Shown here: piece by piece, positions 1 to 8,597 of the stretch
How the letters are laid out: each line of letters opens with the position of its first letter
How positions within the stretch are numbered: position 1 is the first letter of the stretch
Source of the DNA: Chlamydiota bacterium
GTDB taxonomy: Bacteria; Chlamydiota; Chlamydiia; Chlamydiales; JAAZZY01
DNA: 64,000 bases
Reading direction: 5' to 3'
NCBI GenBank assembly: GCA_022601335.1
Contig: JAJACV010000049.1
Location: 1,176 to 65,175 of the forward strand
Made by a program: the position numbers and the translations under genes
The notes under the pieces: model-generated
What the model saw: the letters and a program-made list of their open reading frames with translations, nothing else
Database searches by the model: none
What the model was told of the DNA's origin: nothing

Positions 1-130
1 GGAGTTTCAAATGAGGCCGCGTTGTTAATTGTAGTCATAAAAGGATCCTTTTTCTATATATTACTAAATATACTAAAATAATAGTTAGTTTGTTAATAAT
101 TGTAAATTAGTTGATTTTTTTTAAATTAAA

Positions 131-166
131 AAAAAACGTCCAGAAAAAAAATCCGGACGTTTTTAT
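131..166 (-). terminator. Rho-independent terminator downstream of rpsD; the hairpin is flanked by A and T runs, so it could act in both directions
   Basis: ACGTCC (136-141) pairs with GGACGT (155-160). An A-run lies on one side and TTTTT (161-165) on the other. It sits about 40 nt past the rpsD stop. Confidence 0.7.
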
Positions 167-206
167 TAAAGCTTGATTTGACATGTATTTCATCAAAATT
201 GAAGAT

Positions 207-824
207 TTAGGTTGTGTGTGCTAAGAAGTCACAAATAACAGGTAAATTAATCATAAGAGGATGGCTAACTTGGTCTACTTCAGGAAGATTTAAAAGTTCA
301 CCTTCTACTTTCTTAGGATCTAAACTTAAGTACTCAGGAACTTCTCTTGAAGAATCTTGGACTGAATTTTGAATCTGTTTCATGTTAATAGATTTTTCTT
401 TAATCGAAACTTTCATTCCAGGAGCTACTTGGAAGGAACGACAATCTACTTTTTTACGATTGACTGTAACATGGCCGTGAGCTACTAGTTGCTGCGCTGA
501 AAAAATAGTAGGAGCCATTTTTAATCTATAAAGGACAACGTCTAGTCTACATTCTAAATAAATCAGTAGGTTCTGAGTAGCACTCCCTTTTTTAGAAGCT
601 TTTTTGTAGTAACGTATGAGCTGTTTCTCGGAAAGCATTCCATAGACAGCTTTAAGTTTTTGTTTTTCTTCAAGCTGTTGACCGTAATCAGATTTTTTAC
701 GTCTACGTGCACCATGGACCCCTGGAGGGTTAGGCTTATGGATTAATGGGTTGCGAGCTCGGCCAAAAATGTTAACTCCGAACTTACGAGCGATTCTGTT
801 TTTAGGGCCTCTATAACGTGCCAT
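207..824 (-). CDS. rpsD: 30S ribosomal protein S4
   Basis: The N-terminus MARYRGPKNRIARKFGVNIF and the overall 205-aa pattern are typical of bacterial S4. Confidence 0.97.
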   Translation of the reverse strand: MARYRGPKNRIARKFGVNIFGRARNPLIHKPNPPGVHGARRRKKSDYGQQLEEKQKLKAVYGMLSEKQLIRYYKKASKKGSATQNLLIYLECRLDVVLYRLKMAPTIFSAQQLVAHGHVTVNRKKVDCRSFQVAPGMKVSIKEKSINMKQIQNSVQDSSREVPEYLSLDPKKVEGELLNLPEVDQVSHPLMINLPVICDFLAHTT

Positions 825-973
825 TCGGGCTTCTCCTGTATTAGGTCTACTAGTTTTTTTGATGGATCGATGATAATCTCTTCGATAGTTTTAAAACAAG
901 TCTATTTTTTGCCTTTATTTTAAAGGGAGATTAGGGTTTTATATTACTTCGGAAAACAATATTTTAAAGACCT

Positions 974-1927
974 ATGGAAAACAAGTATTTAATTTTAGCT
1001 TATTATCATTTTTTTAAAATAGAAAACCCTGAGCTCTTTGTTAAAGAACATAAATTTTTTTTTAAAGATAGAGATGTGACAGGTCGCATCTATATTTCTT
1101 CTGAAGGGATTAATGGGCAGATGAGTGGGTTTAAAAAAGACTGCGAAGCCTATATGCTTTGGCTGAAAAGTCAAAAAGGGTTTGAACAAGTGACTTTCAA
1201 AGTAGACCCCCATCATCAAAATATTTTTTACAAAATGACTGTTAAAGAGAGAGAGCAGCTAGTTGCTTTTGATCAAAAAGTTGATTTAAGCCAAACAGGT
1301 ACACATCTGAATCCCAAGGAGTGGGATGAGGTTTTAGAAAATGAAGACTATTTTCTGATTGATGTACGTAATAATTATGAAATGGAAGTCGGACACTTTA
1401 AAACGGCTGAGCTACCTCCATGCGAGACCTTCAGAGAGTTTTCTGATTACACAGAAAAAAAATTACTTCCTAAAAAGGAAGAATTAGAAAATAAAAAAAT
1501 CCTGATGTACTGCACAGGTGGCATTCGCTGTGAATACTATTCAGCTTATCTGTCTGAAAAAGGCTTTAAAAATGTGTATCAACTCGATGGAGGAGTTCTT
1601 AACTACAATCACAAGGTAGGAAAAGGGCATTGGACGGGTAAGCTTTTTGTGTTTGATGACCGTTTAGCTTGTAAAGTTGGAGAAAGCGATGAGTGCATTT
1701 CAACTTGCCATCACTGCTCTGAAAAATCAGACCGTTACTACAACTGTGCAAATATGGATTGTAACTTCTTATTTACCTGTTGCACGAATTGTTTAGAAAC
1801 TTATCAGGGATGTTGTAAAGAAACATGTACAGCCTCAAAGAGACTTAGGCCGTTCAACCATGTGCAAAATACCCCTTTTAGGCGATGGTATCACTATATG
1901 GATGAAGCTGAAAAGCTGACTAAATAA
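974..1927 (+). CDS. trhO: Rhodanese-domain protein of the UPF0176/YceA family (tRNA uridine(34) hydroxylase TrhO)
   Basis: N-terminal YYHF..I pattern, rhodanese active-site loop CTGGIRCE, and a Cys-rich C-terminal tail. Confidence 0.85.
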   Translation: MENKYLILAYYHFFKIENPELFVKEHKFFFKDRDVTGRIYISSEGINGQMSGFKKDCEAYMLWLKSQKGFEQVTFKVDPHHQNIFYKMTVKEREQLVAFDQKVDLSQTGTHLNPKEWDEVLENEDYFLIDVRNNYEMEVGHFKTAELPPCETFREFSDYTEKKLLPKKEELENKKILMYCTGGIRCEYYSAYLSEKGFKNVYQLDGGVLNYNHKVGKGHWTGKLFVFDDRLACKVGESDECISTCHHCSEKSDRYYNCANMDCNFLFTCCTNCLETYQGCCKETCTASKRLRPFNHVQNTPFRRWYHYMDEAEKLTK

Positions 1928-2034
1928 CACAATCGCTCTTTTTTCAGATTCTGATAGATCTATTTGACGAAAATTTTTTTTTACACTAACTTCCGGAATA
2001 ATTGTAATTATTGAAGATTTTCCTTGGAGGATTT

Positions 2035-2958
2035 ATGTATAAAAAAAGAGGTGTTTTAGCTCTCACGCTGATTATATTCTCCTCGATGCTTTTATTTTTG
2101 CCAGCCTGTCAGTCCAAAGAATGTAGAATCAGGGAAAAAAATAAGCGAGAAAATTTTAATAAGAGAAGGTCAGACGAAAAAGAACGCAAGACTAAAGGAA
2201 AACAAAGAAAAAAAGCTCAACATAACAGTGAAAAGGCTCAAAAAAAGTATCAAAAGCAGCAAAAGAAAAATTCTAAAAATAGATCTCCTCTTATACATAA
2301 AAATAATGTTTCTAAAGCTTCAAAGCACAAAAAAACTCACTTAAGCCAGCTTGTCAGTTATCAGCACTCTCCGTCTTGTGGCTATCGTAAGGGGACGCCA
2401 AACTACACAAATTCGCCCTACTGTTCGTCCGGGAATTGTTGTGGGGCTAGTGGATGTGGAACCTATGGATGTTCAAACTCTGACTCTTGTAGTGCCTCAT
2501 CCTGTTCCTTTGGATGTTGCGCGGCTTCTTGTTGTTCAAACTGTTGTGCGTACAATGGATCTTCCAAATCAAATAGTTCTGGAAATAGGTATCGTTTTTA
2601 TCAAAATAGAAATAGTAGCAGCTCTTCTACTTGTTGCAGTTCTTGCAACTCTTCAAGCTGTGGATCTTGTACCCCTTGTTGCGGGTATTCTAACTGCGGA
2701 TCTAGTGCCTGTTGCGGGTATTCAAATCGCTACAACAATCGATATAATCCTTGCTGTAACAATAATAGCTGTAGTCCCTATAGCTCTTGTTGCTCAAATT
2801 GCTGCACTCAAAATAATTGCTCAGGCTATAGCTGTTGTCCCCCTAGTTGTAATGAATGCAATAGCACTGTCAACTCAAACAGTTCTGCTACACGCTCTTC
2901 ATACAACAGACGCAGTGGAAGAAGGCAACCTTCTCATGCATCTAGGTATCGAAGGTAA
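2035..2958 (+). CDS. Lipoprotein with a Lys-rich linker and an extremely Cys/Ser/Asn-rich C-terminal half; function unknown
   Basis: GGAGGA lies 4 nt upstream of the ATG at 2035 (the ORF-track TTG at 2011 is less likely). Signal peptide plus lipobox LFLPAC. About 36 Cys, including 11 CC doublets, fall in the last ~195 aa (hand count). Confidence 0.7.
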   Translation: MYKKRGVLALTLIIFSSMLLFLPACQSKECRIREKNKRENFNKRRSDEKERKTKGKQRKKAQHNSEKAQKKYQKQQKKNSKNRSPLIHKNNVSKASKHKKTHLSQLVSYQHSPSCGYRKGTPNYTNSPYCSSGNCCGASGCGTYGCSNSDSCSASSCSFGCCAASCCSNCCAYNGSSKSNSSGNRYRFYQNRNSSSSSTCCSSCNSSSCGSCTPCCGYSNCGSSACCGYSNRYNNRYNPCCNNNSCSPYSSCCSNCCTQNNCSGYSCCPPSCNECNSTVNSNSSATRSSYNRRSGRRQPSHASRYRR

Positions 2959-2966
2959 AATAAACG

Positions 2967-3443
2967 TTAGATCAAGGCTCCTTCGAATGAAAGGAGTCTT
3001 TTTTTTATCTCAACCCCTCCATTGAACTCTCCCAATGTTTTATTTGATCTAATGACTCGATGACAGGGGACTATAAAAGGAAAGGGGTTCTTCTTACAAG
3101 AAGAGCCTACGGCTCTTACAGCCTTTGGAGAAGAAGTCATTTTTGAAACCTGCAGATAACTACAAGTTTCTCCAAAAGGTATTTTTGTAAGAGACTGCCA
3201 GACTTCTCGCTGAAACGGTGTGTAGTCTGAGAGTAATAAATTTATTTCGAAGGGAGTTTGCTTTTTAAGACTATAGCTTTTGAGCCATTTCTCGAGTAAA
3301 TACTGATTTTTTAGTGGGAGGTCTCCATGAAGATGCACTTCAAATTGAGAGTGAAGCGATAATTCAACTTTTAAAATCTGATTTGAGGAGACATGAAAAT
3401 GGACCAAAATTTGAGGGCCCTCTTCAAAAGTAAACACTTTCAC
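2967..3443 (-). CDS. ogt: Methylated-DNA--protein-cysteine methyltransferase
   Basis: Active-site motif IVPCHRVI, preceded by the helix-turn-helix region IPFGETCSY. Confidence 0.9.
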   Translation of the reverse strand: MKVFTFEEGPQILVHFHVSSNQILKVELSLHSQFEVHLHGDLPLKNQYLLEKWLKSYSLKKQTPFEINLLLSDYTPFQREVWQSLTKIPFGETCSYLQVSKMTSSPKAVRAVGSSCKKNPFPFIVPCHRVIRSNKTLGEFNGGVEIKKRLLSFEGALI

Positions 3444-3460
3444 AAAGGGCCTCTCGAAGG

Positions 3461-4426
3461 TTATTGATTAACAAACTTCTCAAAATCTGATTTAGAAACT
3501 TTTTTGCCTTTATGATACCACTCTATGCGAACAACATCCTGAATATAGGTCTTAGAAATTCCATGTTTGAGATTGTTTTTCCAGGAAACTTCAGCAACAA
3601 CTTGGCCATTACTATTATAAACGAGTTCTACACCATTTTTCTTGTCTTTGAGGTAAGGGATTTCATTATGAGGAACTCCATCTTGATAAACGATAGTGAT
3701 TCCATCTTTAAATCCATCTTTCCAGCTTTCAAATACATCTGGAATTCCGTTTACTAAATACTGCTTTCTTTGCCCGTGAACCTTATTATTTTCATAGAGA
3801 GTAATGGTATATGGATCACCATTTCTGTGGAAAGTTGTGTTGGAGATGATTTCCCCATCCTTCACTTCCATTTTACTGAGGTATTCTCCATAAGGATTTC
3901 TTCGGATTTTTATCCCGCAGCCCTGTGCTACTTTTGCTTCGATTTCGTTATTATTTGCGAAATATTCTCCGTCGATGAGCTTGCCGTTTTTCCACGTTTC
4001 AATATTTTGAGGGTTTCCATTTTCAAACCAACGTGTCACCTGAGTTTGGGTGAGAGAGATGAATTCAATTTTCTTTTTTGGGACTCCAGATGTGTAGTGA
4101 TGTACTTCGGAGAGTAAATGCCCGTTTTTGTAATGTTCTTCTTTTTGTGTCACAAAACTATGTGGAAAACTATGCGTCACAGAGCCTTCCAGTTTAGCAT
4201 CAACATAATTTTGGGTTACAATTGTCCCATCTGCTCGAGTCACTACCACTTGGCCATTTGATCCTCGATTGCGCCAGTCATTTTCTGTCAAAGTTACACC
4301 GTATTTATGAATAAAAACAGTACTGACATTATTTTTGTTAGGGCTTTGACAAGCACTAAATAGACAAAGGCCGCAGCCTAAGAGTAGAGGGATAGATCTC
4401 TTTTTGAGCATAAAGCTAAGCTCCAT
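3461..4426 (-). CDS. MORN-variant (YwqK-like) repeat lipoprotein
   Basis: Signal peptide with lipobox LFSAC. Repeated Y..G......W..GK..G units are typical of the MORN repeat variant. An alternative start is the ATG at 4411. Confidence 0.75.
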   Translation of the reverse strand: MELSFMLKKRSIPLLLGCGLCLFSACQSPNKNNVSTVFIHKYGVTLTENDWRNRGSNGQVVVTRADGTIVTQNYVDAKLEGSVTHSFPHSFVTQKEEHYKNGHLLSEVHHYTSGVPKKKIEFISLTQTQVTRWFENGNPQNIETWKNGKLIDGEYFANNNEIEAKVAQGCGIKIRRNPYGEYLSKMEVKDGEIISNTTFHRNGDPYTITLYENNKVHGQRKQYLVNGIPDVFESWKDGFKDGITIVYQDGVPHNEIPYLKDKKNGVELVYNSNGQVVAEVSWKNNLKHGISKTYIQDVVRIEWYHKGKKVSKSDFEKFVNQ

Positions 4427-6826
4427 TTAAAAGGGTTGAACAATCAAATTTTTCATCTTTTTAAGCACCTCGTTCATTATTTTGGCGTGCTCGATCTCAG
4501 TAGCTTCAAAAGAAATAGTCTTTTTATCATTTCTGTACACAAAGCGCAAGGTAACATTTTTTCTTTCTACCCCTAAAGATTCACTGCGATAAATATCTTT
4601 GAGCTCAATTTGCTTTAAAAGTCTAGATTCTAAAGACTTTACAAATGTTATAAGATGCCCTATTTCTAAATCTTCTAAACAGGTGAGAGTCCAATCTCTT
4701 TCACTACTCGGAAAGTTAGAAAGAGGCTCTATAGATTCAAGAGGTGTAGAGAGTGTCAGAAGTGAAGGAATGCTTAGCTCAGCAAACAAAACACAATCCT
4801 TGAGGCCTTGGGTTCTCAAAATAGAGGGGTGGATTTCTCCAATGGACCCAATTATTTTGCTACGAGCAACAAGGTTTGCTTGAATACCTGGATGCATAAA
4901 TGCATGGTGAGATTTTTCAAAAACAACCTCTTTGATTGATAAGCGATCTAATACATTTTCTAAAATTCCTTTCAGATCGAGAAAATCTACTTTTTTTTCA
5001 GAGTGTTGAAAGTGAAGAGGAGAGGTACGTCCCATAAGGGAAACGGCAAGTTTAGTTTCTTCTTGAAATAAGGAGTCGTTTTTAGAATAAACTTTTCCTA
5101 TCTCATACAGTTGATTATTAAAGTTTTGGCGATCTTGATTTAACTTCAGTACTTGCAAGTGGTTTGCTAAAAGAGAATTTCTGAGAATAGATTGATCTAT
5201 AGAGACATAATTAAGTGCAGAAATTTGATTCTCTTCTTTTTGTTGAAGAGAAGCCATTTGAGGACTAATCAAATCACAAGTTAATATTTCTTGTAATCCT
5301 TCTTGGAGAAGGAATTGATGCGCTTTTTGTTCAAAAGTGTAAAGAGGGGAATCACTTAGCGACGTAAAAGTTGAGGAAGGTTTGGCATGCATAATTCGAT
5401 CAAATCCGTAAAATCTAGCCACTTCTTCAACAAGATCAATCTCATTTTGAACATCATTACGATAAGAGGGGACCTGAACCGTTAGCTTATTCTCGTGGTT
5501 TTTTTGAGGATTAAAATCAAGTCTGTGTAGAATATCAATCATCTCGTCTAAAGGAATTTGAGTTCCTAAAAGTCGGTTAATAAATGAAGGGTCACACTGA
5601 AGTGACTTTGGCCTAGAAATGGCCTTTGAGAGCGCCACAACGCCTTCGCATACCTCACCATGAGCTATTTGCTGTATCAAGCTAGCTGCACGATCAAGAA
5701 CTCTTTCAGGTGCTTTTTCATCGACTCCTCTTTCAAAATGCTTAGAAGCATCTGTAGATAAGTTGAGAGATTTACTTGTTTTTCGAATCAACTGGGGGGA
5801 AAAAACAGCGGCTTCGAGTAAAACATGCTGAGTTTTGTCACTCACTTGTGAGTTAGCTCCTCCCATGACTCCAGCTATTGCCAAAGGCTTCTCCGAGTCG
5901 CAGATGAAAAGTGTCCCAGCTGGAACGTTTCTTTGAATGTTATCTAAAGTTTCAAATTCTTGTTCTGAGGGGAACGACTTGACATTGATTTGAGCCCCTT
6001 CAATTTTATTGAAATCAAAAGCATGTATGGGGTGACCGAGTTCATGGAGAATGTAATTTGTAGCATCAACCACGTTATTAATACTTTTAATTCCAGAAGC
6101 GCTAAGACGCATTTGAAGCCAGAAAGGAGAAGGGCGTATGGTGACATTTTTAATGAGACGACAGGCATAACGAGGGCATTGGTTTGCGTCAGAGACTTTA
6201 ACGTTTACACAATCTTCTGTTCGAGAGTTCTTTGTTTCATTGAGAGGGAAAGATTTTAATTCAAAAGGCTTGTTAATAAGACATGAAATTTCTCTCGCTA
6301 TTCCAAGAACACTCATAGCATGTCCTAGGTTCGGAGTAAAAGAAATCTCTAAGATTTCATCGCGGAGATAGGGAGCAAGATCTTCTCCTGGTTCTAAATC
6401 TTCAGAGAGCTCGATAATTCCTTCGCTGTTTTCTTCCATGCCCAACTCCTCTGCAGAGCAGAGCATGCCGTATGATTCAATGCCTCTTAACTTCCCTTTT
6501 TTAATTTTATGAGCTTTTCCTTCTTTATCAATGAGGTGAGAGTTAATCGGAGCAAATGCAGTGACTAAATTAGCTCTGCAATTAGCAGCTCCACATACAA
6601 CTTGTAGCTCTTGCTCTCCATCGAATACCGTAGCTATTTTGAGCCTATCCGCGTCGGGATGAGGCTTTACGTCTATCACTTTAGCAACGATGAGGCCTTT
6701 AAAAGAAGGTTCAAGGATTTCTATAGCGTCTACTTCTAAACCAAGCTTAGTAAGTTCATTCTCTAAAAAACTAGAAGTTAAGGAGGTGTTAAAAATTTCT
6801 TGAATCCAAGCCAAACTAAAATGCAT
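4427..6826 (-). CDS. pheT: Phenylalanine--tRNA ligase beta subunit
   Basis: 799 aa. The N-terminal tRNA-binding domain (VVAKVIDVKPHPDADRLK), B3/4, B5 and C-terminal anticodon-binding-like regions are all recognisable. Confidence 0.97.
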   Translation of the reverse strand: MHFSLAWIQEIFNTSLTSSFLENELTKLGLEVDAIEILEPSFKGLIVAKVIDVKPHPDADRLKIATVFDGEQELQVVCGAANCRANLVTAFAPINSHLIDKEGKAHKIKKGKLRGIESYGMLCSAEELGMEENSEGIIELSEDLEPGEDLAPYLRDEILEISFTPNLGHAMSVLGIAREISCLINKPFELKSFPLNETKNSRTEDCVNVKVSDANQCPRYACRLIKNVTIRPSPFWLQMRLSASGIKSINNVVDATNYILHELGHPIHAFDFNKIEGAQINVKSFPSEQEFETLDNIQRNVPAGTLFICDSEKPLAIAGVMGGANSQVSDKTQHVLLEAAVFSPQLIRKTSKSLNLSTDASKHFERGVDEKAPERVLDRAASLIQQIAHGEVCEGVVALSKAISRPKSLQCDPSFINRLLGTQIPLDEMIDILHRLDFNPQKNHENKLTVQVPSYRNDVQNEIDLVEEVARFYGFDRIMHAKPSSTFTSLSDSPLYTFEQKAHQFLLQEGLQEILTCDLISPQMASLQQKEENQISALNYVSIDQSILRNSLLANHLQVLKLNQDRQNFNNQLYEIGKVYSKNDSLFQEETKLAVSLMGRTSPLHFQHSEKKVDFLDLKGILENVLDRLSIKEVVFEKSHHAFMHPGIQANLVARSKIIGSIGEIHPSILRTQGLKDCVLFAELSIPSLLTLSTPLESIEPLSNFPSSERDWTLTCLEDLEIGHLITFVKSLESRLLKQIELKDIYRSESLGVERKNVTLRFVYRNDKKTISFEATEIEHAKIMNEVLKKMKNLIVQPF

Positions 6827-6955
6827 AATTTACGAATTGAAAGATTATTTAAGAGATGAAACCTTATACCAAATTTCTACTATTGACGAAAAGGGTAATT
6901 TTCGATTGAATAGAAAAGTTGTTAGAATAAGAATTACACACTGAGGAGCAAGTTC

Positions 6956-8254
6956 ATGAGCCGGAAGAAAAGGAAGTTAAAAGCCTTAAGGGATAAAGAA
7001 GAGACGAGTCGTGATCAAAATTCAACTCGTAGGCTGACCGGTGGACTTATTTTTAGCGGTGCTTTGAATATCGCACTTGCAACTTCATTGATCTATTACG
7101 CTCTCAAAGCCAAAGAACCTACTTTTCCCTATCCAAATTCTTCTGTTGAATCAGAGCTTACCTTGGATCTTTCTAGAGAAATTTCACTTCAAACCTCTGT
7201 TGAAAAGTATTTAAATCTTGATTTTGAAAGCCTTGTGCTTCTTCTTAAAAAAAAGGATGTGATCCAAGATGGAATTTCTGAAAGAGACTTAGCTCTTTCA
7301 GCTCTCGCGTTCAAATATGATGTTGATGTAAACAGAGCTTTGCATGGTCAAGGTGTTGATACGCTTCCTTTTTGTCTCGATCAAAATAAAGAAAATTCTT
7401 TTCCCCTTTATGTAGGCTTAAAAGAGGGGCAGTATAAGTTGATACAATCTTTTTTAAAGACAGAGCAGTGGCCCTATACCTGTGAGGGACTTTTTAACCG
7501 AATTGTAATGGGACAAAGTGAAAATTCTTTAAAAAATGCTTTTTACTTAACCAAAGAGTTTATGCTTTTAGAAGCTCTGTTTGGTCCCTTATCCTTAAAT
7601 AAAGAAGCGCTTCTAGATCTAATGAAGGAAGGCCCTTGGTCGATTGTAAAGCAATTTGTTCAATCCAAACCTCTTGTTGAAAATTTTTCTAACCCGCTTC
7701 GAATTCATTTTCTATGTCAATATTTAGAATCTGCTTCAGAACAAGCTGCTAACTTTATTTTAAAAATAGATCCAAACTATGCCTTAAATAAGCTTTCCGA
7801 TGAAAAAGTAGTCACTCTACTCGGACTTTTGGAAAATAAGTCAGAACTAAATCAAAACTTTGCTCTTCACTTAGCTCTTGGAGCACGGTCTGATTGGGTA
7901 CGCCAAGAGGCGTGTAGGCTTCTTTACCATTACTCAGAGAAAGAATTTACAGCTCCTTTTAATTACCAAGAAGCTCTTGAATTCTTGGCTCGTGAATACG
8001 AACTACTTCCTCATGAAATTCCTTCCCTGGATTTATTTCCTATTGAGGGCAAGCAGACTTCTTTTATATCCTCTGTAACAGCAGACCTTACAGACAACGT
8101 GTCTGTTGCAGCTAAGCAAGTTTATATCGTTCAAAAAGGGGATTGTTTATCTAAAATCGCTAAGATGCATCACATCGATGTGAAAGAGCTTAAGGCGGCG
8201 AATCATCTAGATAATGATCTGATACACGTGGGTATGACCCTTTTGATTCCTTAG
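6956..8254 (+). CDS. Membrane-anchored protein with a C-terminal LysM peptidoglycan-binding domain
   Basis: One N-terminal TM helix ([24 protein letters not shown]). The C-terminal LysM signature is [29 protein letters not shown]...GMTLLIP. Confidence 0.75.
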   Translation: MSRKKRKLKALRDKEETSRDQNSTRRLTGGLIFSGALNIALATSLIYYALKAKEPTFPYPNSSVESELTLDLSREISLQTSVEKYLNLDFESLVLLLKKKDVIQDGISERDLALSALAFKYDVDVNRALHGQGVDTLPFCLDQNKENSFPLYVGLKEGQYKLIQSFLKTEQWPYTCEGLFNRIVMGQSENSLKNAFYLTKEFMLLEALFGPLSLNKEALLDLMKEGPWSIVKQFVQSKPLVENFSNPLRIHFLCQYLESASEQAANFILKIDPNYALNKLSDEKVVTLLGLLENKSELNQNFALHLALGARSDWVRQEACRLLYHYSEKEFTAPFNYQEALEFLAREYELLPHEIPSLDLFPIEGKQTSFISSVTADLTDNVSVAAKQVYIVQKGDCLSKIAKMHHIDVKELKAANHLDNDLIHVGMTLLIP

Positions 8255-8477
8255 ACGGAACAGGATCGTAGCCTCCTGGATGCCATGGAAAGCATTTAAA
8301 AAGCCTTTTTAAAATAAGCCATCCGCCCTTAATGGATCCATGCTTTTCGATAGATTCTATAGCATAAGTTGAGCAAGTGGGGTAAAAGCGGCAACAAGGC
8401 CGCAGAAGTGGAGAAATTGTCCACTGATACACAATCACCAAGCTTTTAAAAAGTTTTTGAACGGCTTTAGCTAACAT
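8190..8477 (-). CDS. yidD: Membrane protein insertion efficiency factor YidD
   Basis: [27 protein letters not shown] and [10 protein letters not shown] are the YidD signature. Its 3' end overlaps the convergent LysM gene by 65 nt. Confidence 0.9.
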   Translation of the reverse strand: MLAKAVQKLFKSLVIVYQWTISPLLRPCCRFYPTCSTYAIESIEKHGSIKGGWLILKRLFKCFPWHPGGYDPVPSKESKGSYPRVSDHYLDDSPP

Positions 8478-8597
8478 ACAGCTATTTTAGCAGAATAAGA
8501 GCTAGTAGGCAAGTTTCAAAATTATATTGATTTAATCTTCTTGTGTAGTGAAGAATATCCAATTCTTTTAATTTACAATTCCTGAAGGAGATTTATT

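Noticed and set aside
1-38. A possible 5' end of a minus-strand gene (MTTINNAASFET...) at the left edge
   Set aside because: Only 12 codons are visible, which is too short to support a call.
995-1219. Numerous 60-115-aa antisense or overlapping ORFs inside larger genes. Examples: 995-1219, 3512-4117, 4599-4883, 5944-6259, 7878-8078, 9115-9321, 12189-12392, 13010-13309, 13716-13916, 16427-16636, 18445-18645, 20150-20389, 22415-22667, 25616-25852, 26519-27072, 27808-28044, 28580-28843, 30372-30599, 32077-33069, 35080-35580, 37136-37339, 38032-38306, 38639-38830, 42524-43157, 44892-45421, 47847-48083, 50023-50238, 50857-51048, 52313-52510, 53529-53711, 55957-56142, 56967-57164, 61711-61920
   Set aside because: Each is nested in or antisense to a longer ORF with clear homology. 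All are typical chance ORFs of AT-rich DNA with no RBS or recognisable motif.
2351-3025. A 224-aa ORF in an alternative + frame overlapping the Cys-rich gene
   Set aside because: It is a by-product of the low-complexity TGT/TGC/AGC-rich DNA. It has no RBS or sensible start, it gives a hydrophobic V/A/L/I-rich nonsense composition, and it runs through the convergent ogt gene.
8190-8254. The 65-nt convergent overlap of yidD and the LysM gene as a possible antisense regulatory arrangement
   Set aside because: The YidD C-terminal tail beyond the conserved GGYDPVP is non-conserved. The overlap is most simply a late stop codon, and I see no structure suggesting regulation.
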